This document shows positions 11,666 to 45,243 of a stretch of DNA of 64,000 bases, in pieces. Below the pieces are notes generated by a model that worked only from the letters and a program-made list of their open reading frames with translations, was not told where the DNA came from and made no database searches. Every line of letters begins with the position of its first letter. Within the stretch, counting starts at the first letter, position 1. The position numbers were made by a program, and so were the translations under genes. This stretch comes from the human T2T-CHM13v2.0 reference genome, Homo sapiens. The stretch lies in the NCBI RefSeq assembly GCF_009914755.1, contig NC_060939.1. The stretch is one strand, 5' to 3'.

Positions 11666-11833
11666 CTACAGCACAAATTGAGGGGGCTATGTAGCAACAA
11701 CCCCTCAATCCCCCATAGGGTACAAAAAATAATGTATCTCATTTTCCTTTTTCCATGTCTTTCCTAACCCAGTATTGTTTGGAACAAAGGCATTAGAGAG
11801 GTGTACTTCCAAGGAGGTGTTATGGTGTATGAT

Positions 11834-12159
11834 AAGGGTCAGCAAACCACGGCCCGTGGGTCAACTCCAGGCTGTTTTTGTAAGACCCATGCATTAGCAA
11901 CGGGTTTTAAATTTTTATATGGTTGGGGAAAAGATCCAAGTAATAATAGTATTGTTATATGTGAAAATTTTATGAAATTCAAATGTCAATGTCCTTAAAG
12001 TTTTATGGGAACACAGTCATGCTCATTTGTTTACACTTTTCAGTGGCTGCTTTAATGATACAACAGTAAAACTGAATAGTTGCAGCCAATACCATATGGC
12101 TTATGAGGCCTAAAATATTTACTGTTTGGCCTTTAACAGAATAAGTTTGCTGACCTCTG
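11834..12159. mobile_element. MER58B-like hAT-Charlie DNA transposon
   Basis: Termini agggtcagcaaac... and ...gtttgctgacctctg; internal aaaattttatgaaattcaaat. Confidence 0.8.
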
Positions 12160-12190
12160 CTGTAGAGGAAGAAAATTGATTATTTGTTAA

Positions 12191-12875
<685 letters not shown>

Positions 12876-13101
12876 AGAATGAAAATGGATCTGACTAGTT
12901 AATTCCAACGTGAATTCGGGTGTAATAGTACATTGTGACCTTAGCGAAATTATTTGACCTTTCTGAGCTTTAATTTCTCATCTATTAACATGGCTTGTTT
13001 TGTATAGCTGTTATCAAATATCTCATGTATTGAGGGCTAGTACACAGGAGTTATTTATTCAATATTCCCTTCAACCTTCGTCTTCCCCACCTCTCTCCTT
13101 A

Positions 13102-13512
<411 letters not shown>

Positions 13513-14104
13513 TTAAAGGTCACGCAAGGACACTCGAGGTAAAGTCTTAGGCCCCCCTACAAGGTGAGAAGTTGGATTGAGATCCACATACAAAGCCAGG
13601 ACCTTTAAAGACATTCACCCTCAATGGAAGGATTAAAAAACAAAATCCACCCTCTAGTGCTTGTGTTAGCTTGGACTCATGGTACAGAGAATAAAAGTCA
13701 TTCCTGGGAATTTGTCACCATAGACCTACCTTTTCACCAGTTTGGGATTCAAATTTATACTACCTGTGTGGTCTGCGAATCCTGTGAACTTAATATGAAA
13801 AGTATTTCTAGGGCAGTTGCCAGAAGGAAACAGAATTTCTAGATTGTTGCATGTTAACTCAGACCTAACAGGATATCCACATATGAAACCCCAATGAAGT
13901 TGAGATCACAATTCAAAATAATAGAACATGCAAGGAAACAATTTATCATAAGAGTCAGAAGGCAATAAGATTTAAACCCCCAAGGACTTTAGATAATAGA
14001 ATTATTAAGCAGAGGCTACAAATAAAGTATATTTAAATATATTTAGAAGAAGGAAACAAACTTTAGAAACTAAATAGAATTTTCAGAAATGAGAAATACA
14101 ACAT

Positions 14105-14729
<625 letters not shown>

Positions 14730-14858
14730 CTGGAAATTAACTTAATGAAGATATTAGGACACAGAAAATGAATAAACCGGACTGGGCGCGGTGGCTCATG
14801 CCTGTAATCCTAGCACTTTGGGAGGCTGAGGCGGGTGGACCATGAGGTCAGGAGTTCA

Positions 14859-15108
<250 letters not shown>

Positions 15109-15613
15109 TTAGCAAGAATGGAGTAGTGATGGAGAATACGTGTTAAGAGGCATGAAAAATTGAATGAGAATATTCAGCGTATGTCCTGTAGAAGTTCTAG
15201 GAGGAGAGAATCGAGTAGGGGAGCAAGGCAATATTAAAAGTGATAATGGCTGAAAATGATTAATGAGACATGAATCTTCACATTTAGGAAATGCAGCGAG
15301 CCAGGGATAAATAAAAATAATACTGCAGAACAACAGAGACAAAGAGAAAAAGCTTAAAAGCAACCAGAAAGAAAAAGAGAGTTTACCCACAAGAATCTAA
15401 CCTGCTGGTAGAAGTTCTCCATAGCAGCCATAGAAATCAGAGACAATACAGTAGCTTCAAAATAATAGAGAAAAATAACTGTCAATCTGGAATTTGATTT
15501 CTAGTTATCATCCAAGAATGAAAGTGAATTAAAGACTTCTCAAAGACTGAGAGACTTCAGGATAACAGACCCTCACTGAAAAGCCTACTGAAATATATGC
15601 CACATGAATTTTA

Positions 15614-15925
<312 letters not shown>

Positions 15926-16285
15926 CTACTTGGCAGGCAGAGGCAGGAGGATCCCTTAAGCCCAGAGTTCAAAACTGTAGTGAGCTATGATTCATTGCAC
16001 TAGTGCACTCCAGTCTGGGCAACAGAGTGAGACCCTGTCTCAAAAACAAAAGATGCTGAAAACAGTAGTTCAGTGATCAGAATTACAGTGTTCTAAGAGC
16101 TTTCCATTTCTTTGGGAGCAGAGTATAAAGATCTTGATTAACTTTAGGCTTTAAGTATGAAAGCTGTCGTTTTTTAGCATAATTACTAAAGAATCAAAAT
16201 GTGTAACTTCCAAAGTTGTAGAGGGAAAATAAAGAAAGCTTTATCAGTTTAGTAGCAGCAAGAACAACAGGGGAAAACAACACAG

Positions 16286-16628
16286 CAGAGGTCCCCAACC
16301 CCCCCAGGCTGCCTGTCCCTGACCTGTTCAGGACCTGGCTGCACAGCAGGAAGCGAGCGGCAAACCTACCCTGAGCACCGCCTCCTGTCAGATCAGCTGC
16401 TGCATTAGATTCTCACAGCAGCACAAACTCTATTGTGAACTGCGCATGTGAGGGATCTAGGTTGCGTGCTCCTTATGAGAATCTACTGCCTGATTTTCTG
16501 AGGTGGAACAGTTTAATCCCAAAACCATGCCCGCCCCGGCCCCCATCCATGGGAAAAAAACCGCATCAGTGGAAAAATTGTCTTCCACAAAAATCAGTCC
16601 CTGGTGCCAACAAGGTTGGGGACTGCCG
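16286..16628. mobile_element. MER1B hAT-Charlie DNA transposon
   Basis: TIRs ggtccccaacc / ggttggggac; internal ccgcctcctgtcagatcagc...gagggatctaggttgcg. Confidence 0.9.
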
Positions 16629-16822
16629 AATTAGAAAAATAAGGCTAACATAAACACAAAAGAAGATGACGACAAGTAAATCCGAATTTATTACTAGTTG
16701 AAATATATGGGATGTAGTAAATTTACCAAATATTTACTGGATTTTAAATATCCAGTTCTAGCCAGGCGCGATGGCTCACGTCTATAATCTCAGCACTTGG
16801 GGAGGCCGAGGGGGGCGGATCA

Positions 16823-17395
<573 letters not shown>

Positions 17396-17424
17396 CTATG
17401 CACTATATAACATTTAGAACTCAG

Positions 17425-17517
17425 AAAAGGTGTATTTCCCTTGAGCATCATGTTGGTGCTTAAAATGTTTCAGATTTTGGAGCATTTTGGATTTTCAGAT
17501 TAGGGATGCTCAACTTG
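17425..17517. mobile_element. Tigger4/MER46-type terminal fragment
   Basis: tttcagattttggagcattttggattttcagattagggatgctcaac. Confidence 0.7.
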
Positions 17518-17887
17518 TCGTAGGTAGATATGACCAAGAGAAAGCTGAAGTAGCTATACATCAGCTAAAATGGTCCCTAAGATAGAATGCATTGTAAATG
17601 AGTCACTTTATAATGAAAAAAGGTTTAAATCACCCAAATTGTATAATTTGAAACTGCTACCTACCTAACAAAACAGACTTGTTAAAAACAAATGACAGAA
17701 CTATAGGGAAGTTTTGACAAGTCTACCATCATAATGGAAGATTTCAACTATTGATCAAGCAGACAAAAATATTAGTATAGATACAGCTTTTACAATATAT
17801 ACTTAGATGAGTATCTGACTCCTGAAATAGAAGTGCACTGTCTCAACAAATGTAAAAGAGTTAGTTTAGGCCAGGCACGGTGGCTCA

Positions 17888-18181
<294 letters not shown>

Positions 18182-18916
18182 TTAATTTAGACCCTAGTCT
18201 TTGAACACAATACAATTAGCAGTCAATACAAAATGATACCCCCACAAAAAATCAATACTTTTGGAAATTAAAAAAACACTTCTAAGTAACTTTATAAATA
18301 AATTATAAAAGTAAAACACTTAGAAGTAAATAGTAATGAAAATACTATATCAAAACATGGGATGCACTGATGTCTGAGAATGTCTTAAAAATAATACGAT
18401 GCCAAGAAGAGAGTGGGTCAGTATTAAGATGAATTGATCATTTATTTTATATTCAAATATCTTGCTTCAGCAAGCTAGTTGATGGATGCATGGCGGTTTG
18501 TTATGCTGTCCAATTTTGTATATGTTTGAAATATTCTATAATAAAAAAAGGCAGAGAAAGTGGGAGATAGACATTTGTAGTTTTAAATACTTATATCTTA
18601 AAGGATAGACTGAGTGTTAATACACTGGACACTCAGTTTAAAACATTAAAACATAACAGAATAAACCCTAAAAGAGTAGAGGGAAGAGATAACACTGTAA
18701 GAGGAATAACCCATAAAGCAGAAAACAAAGATGTAATACAGAAGATTTAAAAAAAGGTAAAAGTTGGTGTTTTAAGACAAAATAATTTGGATGTTAGCCT
18801 GCCACAGTGGTTCATGCCTATAATCCCTGCACTTTGGGAGGCCAAGGCAGATGGATCGCCTGAGTCCAGGAGTTTGAAACCAGCTTGGGCAACATGGCAA
18901 AACCCCGTCTCTATAA

Positions 18917-19009
<93 letters not shown>

Positions 19010-19211
19010 TGAGACCATCCTGGCTAACACGGTGAAACCCCATCTCTATTAAAAATACAAAAAATTACCTGGGCACGGTGGCGGGCGCCTGTAGTCCCAG
19101 CTACTTGGGAGGCTGAGGCAGGAGAATGGCGTGAACCCGGGGTCGGAGCTTGCAGTGAGCCAAGATCGCGCCACTGTGCTCCAGCCTGGGCGACAGAGCG
19201 AGACTCCGTCA

Positions 19212-19464
<253 letters not shown>

Positions 19465-19616
19465 TCATGTAATCCCAGCACTTTGGAAGGCTGAGGCAGG
19501 CGGATCACCAGGTCAGGAAATTGAGACTATCCTGGCTAACACGGTGAAACACCGTCTCTACTAAAAATACAAAAAATTAGCCGGGCATGGTGGCGGGCGC
19601 CTGTAGTCCCAAGCTA

Positions 19617-19724
<108 letters not shown>

Positions 19725-20825
19725 TCAAAAAATAAAATAAAATAAAATAAAATAAAAAAGAGACAAGTCAACGATAAAATTAAAAATGAAAAAACATGTA
19801 ATAGCTACAGATCCTGAATAAATTTATTGTTAATACCCTAAAAACTTTATGCCAGCCAACTGAGACCTTAGATGAAATAGACAAATATCTGGAGAATAAG
19901 TTACCAAAATGACTGAAGAGAAATACATGGCTCACACCTATATTTTTTACAGAAATTGACAAGGGCCAGGAATAATCGAAATACTACTGAAAAATAAGAA
20001 TAAAGTTGTGATGGTAATGACTTAGGGAATAATGATGGTTCTTGCTCTGCCAGATATCAATGTTTATTTCAAAGCTATAGCTATAATTAATATTCATAAG
20101 CTAAATTAAGAATTAATTCAATATTAATTTAATAAATTTAATATTTTATAGCTATAATTAATACAGTACGGAATTAGCCCAAATGTGAACAAATTGACCA
20201 ACAGACACACACAGCATAGGAAAACCAGCATTATATGTTACTGAGGAAAAGAAGAGGCTGAGACATTTGGTTATTCATATGCAGAAAAATGAAATTGAAT
20301 CCCTAATTTATACTACATTTTTGTCAGAAGTGCAAAACAATTTAAATGTTTGGAAGATATGTAGGTAAATATCTTTGTAATTCCAGGGTTGGAAAGGATT
20401 TCTTAAATGAGACACAGAAAAGGACTAACTAGAAAAGATTGATGTTCCAACCAAATTAAAACTTGATTGTCAGCAATTACAATAAGATACAACAACCAAA
20501 TGCAGTTTGTGAATTTTGGATGGATTCTGGTCTTTGAAAAAAAATGCTACTAAAAAAAAAAACCTTGTGACAATTGATATTTGAATATGAATCTATGAAT
20601 ATGAGTGATGGAATTTTAAATTTTCTTACATATAATTCTGCTATTGTGGGTATGTAGAAGAATGTGGTTAAGGGATTATTTTGATCTATGAAGTGTCACG
20701 ATACAAGATTTAAATCAGCAAAAAGTTAGATATACGTGTGTATAGATGTGCACATATATATGTATAGAGAGTGAAAGTAATAAAAGTGTATACACTGCTA
20801 AATGTTAATAACTGAATCTAGCTGA

Positions 20826-21157
<332 letters not shown>

Positions 21158-21239
21158 ATGTACACCAATGTTCTCTGTACAATTCTTTCAGATTTTCTGA
21201 ATGTTTGCAAAGTTTTATTTTAAAAACTGGAGAGAGAGC

Positions 21240-24484
<3,245 letters not shown>

Positions 24485-24494
24485 GTTTATTTTT

Positions 24495-25092
<598 letters not shown>

Positions 25093-25159
25093 AGTATTTT
25101 TTAAAAAACATGAAGAAATAGAAATCTTGACTAGACCTATAATAGCTAAAACAGCCTGA

Positions 25160-25753
<594 letters not shown>

Positions 25754-26049
25754 TAAACACTTTTAGCAAAAACAAAATTAAAGAATAAATCAGTTGATGT
25801 AATTTACTGCATTAATAGATTAAAGGAGAGATTTAGGACTGTAGTTCTCTTGTCTGGTAAAACATACATATGCATACACATATACAAAAATTTCACATGT
25901 TAAGTGTGTGTCAATGCATTCTACAGTACTGTTTCTAAAAGCAAAATATTTGATATAACCTAACTGCCCAGCAACAGGAGAAATGATAGATACTTACACA
26001 ATGGATTAATAAAAGCAGTTCAAATGAATGTACTAAAGCTAACGTATCA

Positions 26050-35885
<9,836 letters not shown>

Positions 35886-36176
35886 TGAGTTTAAAAGCTA
35901 ATGTATTGATGGATTAATATCATTAAAGATAACATTGAAGAGAAAAAACAGCTATAGAAGAATAAGTTCAGTATGATACTACATTTAGAGAACATGCAAA
36001 ACAGAAAATGCAAACATTTGTGGAAAAGAATACATGGGAATAATATACACCGAATTCGGGTAATGGTTACATCAGGAAACGGAAGGGAGCGGGATCATTA
36101 AAGACACACAGGGGGCTTTTCTTTTATACAGTATTATATTATTTTATTTTAGGCAGGGTTTCTCTCTGTTGCTTAG

Positions 36177-36451
<275 letters not shown>

Positions 36452-36789
36452 TAGGTGGCAAATAGCATGAATACTTACTCCGTTCAGATTCCTGTGCCTG
36501 AAGTATTTCATTGTTTTAAAAAACACTCTTTCTAGAAACCAATGATTTGAGGAGGGTTGAAGGAGTTAGATATTGTTAGCATATGGTTGCCATTTCCAAA
36601 TATTTGAAGGAACATGTATAAGAAAAAAAGGTATTCTGTTTGCTAATGCATATGTACAAGCATGTGTTAACTGTAAGCCACATACATATTGCTATCACTG
36701 CTTCAGAGGACAGATTTAGGACAAATGGGAAGACACTACAAGGAGGCAGGTAGATTTGGGCTCAATATAGACATGTTTAACAATCAGAG

Positions 36790-37050
36790 GCAGCACAATG
36801 TCAGAGACGAGAGCAAGACGGTTTGGAGCCAGCCTGCCTGGGTTCAGATCTTGGCTCTGCTCTTTGTAGGCAGTATGATTTGGGGCAAATTATTTAACCT
36901 CTCTGTGCCTGTTTCCTATTCTGTAAAATGGGAATAATACAGAGTGCCTACCTCGTAGGCTAGAATAAGGATTAAATGGTTGATTATTTGTAAAGTGCTT
37001 AGAACAGTGCCTGATACATAATAAACACTATGTAAGTGTTCGTAAAATAA
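36790..37050 (+). mobile_element. Near full-length MIR
   Basis: ggagccag.ctgcctgggttcagatc...tctctgtgcctgtttcc...ctgtaaaatgggaataat...gtaaagtgcttagaacagtgcctg. Confidence 0.85.
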
Positions 37051-37189
37051 ATCTAACAAAGAATCTAGCAAATGAAGAGCCTGCCTTGTAAAGCAGTAAA
37101 CTCTTCAAGGGCTCATGCAAAGGCTGGATAAATCTCTTTTAAGGATGGTGCAGGGATATCCTTCCCTTCTAGTCTACAGATGTATGCTT

Positions 37190-37652
<463 letters not shown>

Positions 37653-37842
37653 TCTAGATGGTTTTATTCCTACTGTCATGCATCATAATTTCAAAGATGC
37701 TTAGTTTTTTATTGTTGTTTTTTTTTTTTTGAGACCGAGTCTCACTCGCTCAGGCTAGAGTACAGTGGCCCAATATCGCTCACTGCAACTTCTGCCTCCT
37801 GGGTTCAAGCAATTCTCCTGCCTCAGCCTCCTGAGTAGCTGA

Positions 37843-38061
<219 letters not shown>

Positions 38062-39868
38062 TAAACACAGTTCTCTTTCGAAACCAACTTTTGACCCCTT
38101 AATTAACCAATAATAGTTTGATTACTAAAAGAACTAAGTTTTTTTTTTTTTTTTTTTTTAGAGATGGGGTTTTGCCATGTTGCCAGGGCTGCTAGCTTGA
38201 ACTCCGGGACTCAAGTGATCCTCCTATCTCAGCCTCCCAAAGTGCTGGGATTACAGGCGTGAGCCACTGCACCCAGCCTAGGAGTAAGAATTTATAGGAG
38301 GTTTGGGGTGATGTTTTATATAAACATATATTTCCATACTGCACATAATTACTTTTTTTTTTTTAAGAGATGGAGTCTTGCCCTGTCATCCAAGCTGGAG
38401 TGCAGAGGAGCAATCATAGCTCACTATAGTCTCTAACTCCTGGCCCCAAGTGATCCTTCCACGTCAGCCTCCACAATTGCTGGAATTATTAATACAAGAG
38501 GGAGCCACTGAGCTCAGCAATAATTATAATTTTTATATTCAATTCAGATTTTTGTCATTTGGATTTTCTTAAAGCAGAAACATCTATATGAGAAATAAAA
38601 ATAGTAAAATATAAGGGAGGCAGTTCCTGCACTGTTCGGGAATCTACATTAGAGTCTGCATTTGATATAATAGAGAAGAGGATGCCACTCTAGATTCCCA
38701 AGCAAGGAAGTGAGAGAAGAAAAACCATGTTTGGGAGCAGGATAAATTGGAAAGGAGAATGTTGAGACTCGAAGTGAAAACACAAAATACAGAACTGATA
38801 ATTTTGTTAAAGTGTGGAGGTATGGTTCTGAGAGCTGCTAATGAGGAAGACCAGTGGGATTCACATCTTAGAATACATTAATTCAACAATAAGCTGAAGA
38901 GGCAAATTAGACTTCGGTGGACTCTGGTGAATCCTACTGGGCTCCGGTGGGAGTCTCAACCATTTGATATGACATAACTGGACCTCCAGGTACAATTTGA
39001 AATATGAGTATGTTCTGAGACTGATCGTTAACACCGTGATCCAGAACAGAAACCCACAGAATGGCTTGCTACTTGGGGATGGTTGATATGAGTTCCGGTG
39101 GTTTGGTCTAAATTATACTCCATGCTTTCTTTCCTTCAGGAAATCTTTATTGATCATAGTCGACTTAGAACCATAGGGACCCCAGCGTTTTTCTAGGCCT
39201 GGCTGCATACAGGAATTGAATCTTGTGGCTAGTATGTACCTACTCTTTTGGGGCTTGGTCACAAAGTGGTTCACGGTTATTCAACATAAAGCTATCAGAG
39301 GCTGGGCATGGTGGCTGATGCTTGTAATCCCAGCACTTTAAGGGGCCAGGGTGGGAGGGTCCCTTGAGCCCAGGAGTTCAAGACCAGCATGGGCAGCATA
39401 GTGAAACCTCATCTCTACTTTAAAAAAAAAAAAAAAAAAATTGGTGGCACATGCCTGTAGTCTCAGCTACTTGGGGAGGATCAGTTGAGTTGGAGGCTGC
39501 AGCGAGCTGGGATTGCACCACTGATGGCACTCCAGCCTGGGCAACAGAGCAAGGCCCTGTCTCAGAAACAATTTTAAGCTGTTGGAACCAACTTCTGCTG
39601 CTGCTGCTTCTAGGAGCACAATTTGCAGTATCCTTAGATCTTAGATCTGAAATAGCCACTGAGTGGAGAGAAAATAGAGAGGCAGTGAACAGTATATTTT
39701 ATTTCTTTGTTCCTCTACTTGTCTAGGTCAAAGTGGAGAGTTTCCTGGTCTATATTTTTTAAAAGTAGGGCATAAGCCAGGGAGAGACAGGAGAAATAGG
39801 GATTCAAGCAGATAATTCTGGAGTTTTCTTTAAAATTGGATTACTTTTAACAGTTTGTTTTTACTCAC

Positions 39869-40001
39869 CACCACTGCACAGAGGTTGTATTTAGGATATT
39901 TCCGGAAAATTGAGCAAATATAAGGAGTGAGGTCCAAGTTAGTGAGTGGGTAATGAATATCCGTTCTCAGCTTCCTTTTTGTTGTACCCTGAATGTCAAA
40001 C
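39869..40001 (-). CDS. USP50: USP50 exon 6 [10 protein letters not shown]...YNLCAVV (missing from the ORF track)
   Basis: cctgcag| acceptor, GTG|gtgagt donor; 133 nt, same length as the paralogous USP8 exon. Confidence 0.95.
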
Positions 40002-40083
40002 CTGCAGGTATAATAAATGTGTGAAATACAAAGTAAGCTTGTGAACCACTCATTTGTCTACATGACAAATTCCGAGTATTTTA

Positions 40084-40224
<141 letters not shown>

Positions 40225-40492
40225 TCACCTGTAGTCCCAGCTACTCAGGAGGCTAAGGTAGGAGGATCACCTGAGCATAGGGAGGCTGAGGCTGCAGTGA
40301 GTCGTGATTGTGCCACTGCACTCCAGCCTGGGTGACAGAGTGAGACCCTGTCTCTAAAAAAAAGGAACTTCTGGCCTGGCAAGGTGGCTCACGCCTGTAA
40401 TCCTAGCACTTTGGGAGGCTGAGGCGGGTGGATCACTTGAGGTCAGGAGTTAGAACCAGCTTGGCCAATATGGTGAAACCTCGTCTCTACTA

Positions 40493-40696
<204 letters not shown>

Positions 40697-42900
40697 TTAT
40701 TTGGTACAGACTTATAAATTACTTTTTTCTTATCTATTTAAATACCGCATCCACAAGCCTCACCAAAATGAGACTGGAATTTGAATCAAGGAGTGAGATA
40801 GCAAAGATTCAAGCTAAACTGAATCTAGCAGGGCAAAAAGAAAGGGATAACCAAGGCTCAACATTGGGGGAAGCAGAAACCCCATTGATAATTCCTGAGG
40901 CTTTTGCTCCAGCTGAGCCTATTTATTCTAACCAAGCTAGCTCAGCTTTTCCTTATCTTGTTTTCAGCACAGGTAGTCTTGGCAATGTCCTGTTTTCAAG
41001 CTCTGAGTTTTTGTTTGTTTTTTTTTAATGTTTTAATAAGAACATTTTGTGAAAATCTTTCACATTCTGTATTGTTACATGGATCCTAAGTTTGTAAATC
41101 TGGGCTCACATCAGAGTTACTCAGAAGCTTTTAAAAATATAATTATGTTCATTTTGGAAAAATGGCTGATGGAGGTCTGAGGCCGGGAAATTACCGCGAC
41201 TGAGACATTCTTGTGTCAGAAAGCAAGATACCCTGTTTTCAAAAAACTAAGGGAATGCCATGTGATCCAGCAATTCTGTACCTAGGTATCATCCCAAGAG
41301 AAATGAAGCCTTAGGCCCACATAACAAGCTATCTGCTAGTATTTGTAGAAGTTGTATTCCTAACTATGCAAAACTGTAAACAACCCAAACGTCCATCAAC
41401 TGGTGGAGACATAAGCAACTATGGTACACTCACAAAAAGGAATAGCACACAGCAATAAAAAAGGCACTACTAATGCACGCAACAACACAAAAGAATCATG
41501 CTAAGTGAAAGAAAAACTCTGAAAGCTACATACAGTATGACATAGCACGTTCTGGAAAACAAAATTATAGGGACGGAAATCAGATCAACAATTTCTATAG
41601 GCTTAGGGAGGAGAATGATTAGAGAGGAGCATGAGATAACTTTTTGGGGTGATGGAAATGGTTTATATGTTGGTTGTAATGGTTACATGACTGCATGCAT
41701 TTGTCAGAGTTCATAGAACTGTGCACCTAAAAATGATACATTTTAGGTAAGCATACCCTAATAAACTAATGGGGCCCCAGGAGCTGACTTGAAGGGGCTC
41801 CCACTGGCCAATTTTGAACAATTTGAACACCAAAAGCAATGATGAGAGACATCTAGTTTTCAGTTCAACACGTAAGGAAACTTTGAAGTCACCATTCTGT
41901 CCTAACAAGTTAAAAGCTAAATAAAGCTTTTGGTTATTTTCCTTCCCTCAGGAAGGAAAGAATTAACCGAAAGGAAAATAAACAGCTCTTCTTAGAGCTG
42001 AAAGAGCAGTGAGGTCACAGGACAAACCACTGCCCCCAAAACTGGAAAAACAGACCAGCAAACATAGAGAATCACAGACTTACCAGAGCCAAAACTGCCG
42101 AGCAGAAACCTCTGAGGGAACAGGTCTGCGTAGGAAAACCTGAACTGTAATTGATGAATTGCTAGAGGCTCAGTGCAGAGTCTGAGAGTTAAAAACTCCA
42201 AAGAATCCAGTCACAGGGGGACCACACTTTGTGAATTTTCCTTCCAGGAGCCCAACCACACTCGCACGGTAAATATTAGAGACAAATCTCCTCATGCTTC
42301 TGGCAAGAAGAAGGGAAAGAAACCATTCTGAAATAGGCTAAAGCACCCTGTTCGTAAAGCCTGCCCACAGGAGAAACTCATTAACCAGAGCCTAACCTGC
42401 TGGGGTCTTATCAGAGCTTAACTAACCTGGGAGAAGGAAAACACCCAACTCCAGCCCACTCTAGCCATCCTGTTCCACCGAAGCGGGTGTGGAGGGACTG
42501 AGCAGCGCTTGTGAAGTTCGTAGTCTGGAGGCTGAAGTTCATTAAAAGACCGAGACCCACTCATAGGATTATGGAACGCTTCCCCTCCCCCTCCGCCTTA
42601 CCACCCCATCATTAAGGTCTATTTAAGTCAGTTTCTCTTACCCAGTTCATCATATCTGGCTATCAGGAAAAAATTACAAGGCATACTAAAAGGCAAAACA
42701 CACAGTTTGAAGAGACAGTAAGCATCAGAACCAGATAGCGCAGGGGTGTGGGAATTTTCAGACTAAGAATTTAAAACTGATCAACACACTAAGGGTTCTA
42801 ACGAATAAAGTAGACAGCATGCAAGAACAGACGGTCAATGTAAGCAGAGACTTGGAAATCCTAAGAATGAACGAATGAACCAAAAGAAATGCTAGAGGTA

Positions 42901-42923
42901 TCCTTGTTAGTACAGTGGTTAGT
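42901..42923 (+). pseudogene. 5' fragment of tRNA-Asp(GTC) (tailless retro-fragment candidate)
   Basis: tccttgttagtacagtggttagt matches 21/23 of the recalled tRNA-Asp 5' end TCCTCGTTAGTATAGTGGTTAGT. Confidence 0.5.
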
Positions 42924-43693
42924 TTCTTTTCTTTTCTTTTAACTACTAGAGGAAAAAACTGCATCTTCTAACATGTGAAGAATGCCTCTGATGGGCTCAT
43001 TAGTAGACTGGACACAGCTGAAGAAAGAATCTCTGAGCTTGAGGAACCTCAGTAGAAACTTTTAAAACTGAAAAGAAGAAAGAAAAAAGACTGGCCGGTC
43101 AGGCGCAGTGGCTCACGCCTGTATCCCAGCGCTTTGGGAGACCAAGGTGGGAGAATCGCTTGAGCCCAGGAGTTTGAGACCAGCCTGGGCAACAAAGTAA
43201 AAGCCCCTCCCCCTGCCCCCACCATGCCTCCTAAAAAAAAAAGAAACAAAGAAAATAGACTAAAAAAAAAAAAAAAGCACAACAATATCCAGGGACTGTG
43301 GGACAACTACAAAGATGTAACATCTGTGTAATGGCAATACCAAAAGAAAAAGAACAGAAAAAATATTTGAAACAATAATGACTGAGAATTTTCCCAAATT
43401 AATGCCATACACCAAACCACAGATACAGGAAGCTCAGAGAACACCAAGAAAGATAAATACCAGAAAAATGACACCTAAGCATTTCATTTTCAAACTGCAG
43501 AACATCAAAGATAAAGAAAAAAATCCTAAAAGAAGCCAGAGTGGGGGGGAAAAAAACACACCTATAGAGGAGCAAACATAAGAATTACATCTAACTTCTC
43601 AGAAACCATGCAAACAAGAAGAAAGTGGAAAAAAATATTGAAAGTGTTAAAAGGAAAAAAACCCACCAACCTAGAATTCTGTAGTGTAAATTA

Positions 43694-44100
<407 letters not shown>

Positions 44101-45206
44101 TTACAGAGAAGGAAAATGATATAGGTCAAACACTTGGATCTACATAAAAAGCACTGAAGAAGGAATAAGTGAAGGTAAAATGAAAACTTTTATTTTTCTT
44201 ATTATTAATAACAGTTTATTCAAAACAATAATAGGGACAATATATTCAATTATGTATGCTTATGCATATATCATATATATTCTTGTGTATCTTTATATAT
44301 AAGTGAAATGAATGACAGCAGTGATACAAGGAAAGCAGTATGGTATTATTTGAAAGTGGACCAGGATTAGTTGTAAATGTATATTGCAAACTCTAGGGCA
44401 ACCACTAACAAATGTTTTAAAAAGTATAACTGATGTGGTAATAAAGGAGAGAAAATGGAGTCATATAAGATGCTCAGTAAAACCACAAAAAGCAGGAAAA
44501 GAGTGGTAGATAAAAACAGGAACACCAAGAACAAGGGCAACAAATAGCAGTAACAAATACAACAGATATTTAACCCAACGGCATCAACAATCACTTTGAA
44601 TGTCGATGGTCTATATACATTAATTAAAACACAGATTGTTTTAATCCGTGAATCAAAAACAAAATTCAACTGTGTACTGTGTACAAGAAACATACTTGAA
44701 ATATAAAGACACACAGAGCCTAAAAGTAAACAGAGGAAAATATACCATCCTACCACTAAGAAAGTGGGAGTAGCTATATTAATTTCAGACAGAGCAGTCT
44801 TCAAAGCAAAGTGATTGAGGATAAAAAGGGCCATACATAATGATAAAGGGATCACTTTTTCAAGAAGACATAGAAATTATTAACATATATGCACCTAACA
44901 ACAAAGGGTCAAAATACATGAGGAAAAACTGGCTGGGTACCGTGGCTCATGCCTGTAATCCCAGCATTTTGGGAGGCCGAGGTGGGCGGGCCACTTGAAG
45001 TCAGGAGTTCAAGCCCAGCCTGGCCAACATGGCTAAACCCTGTCTCTACTAAAAATACAAAAACCAGCCAGGTGTGGTGGCACGCACCTGTAATCCCAGC
45101 TACTGGAGGCTGAGACACAAGAATTGCTTAAACCCAGGAGGCAGAGTTTGCAGTGAGCCAAGACGGCACCACTGCACTCCAGCCTGGGCAACAGAGTGAA
45201 ACTCTG

Positions 45207-45236
<30 letters not shown>
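45207..45236. repeat. (CA)n microsatellite as an Alu tail
   Basis: Direct reading. Confidence 0.9.
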
Positions 45237-45243
<7 letters not shown>

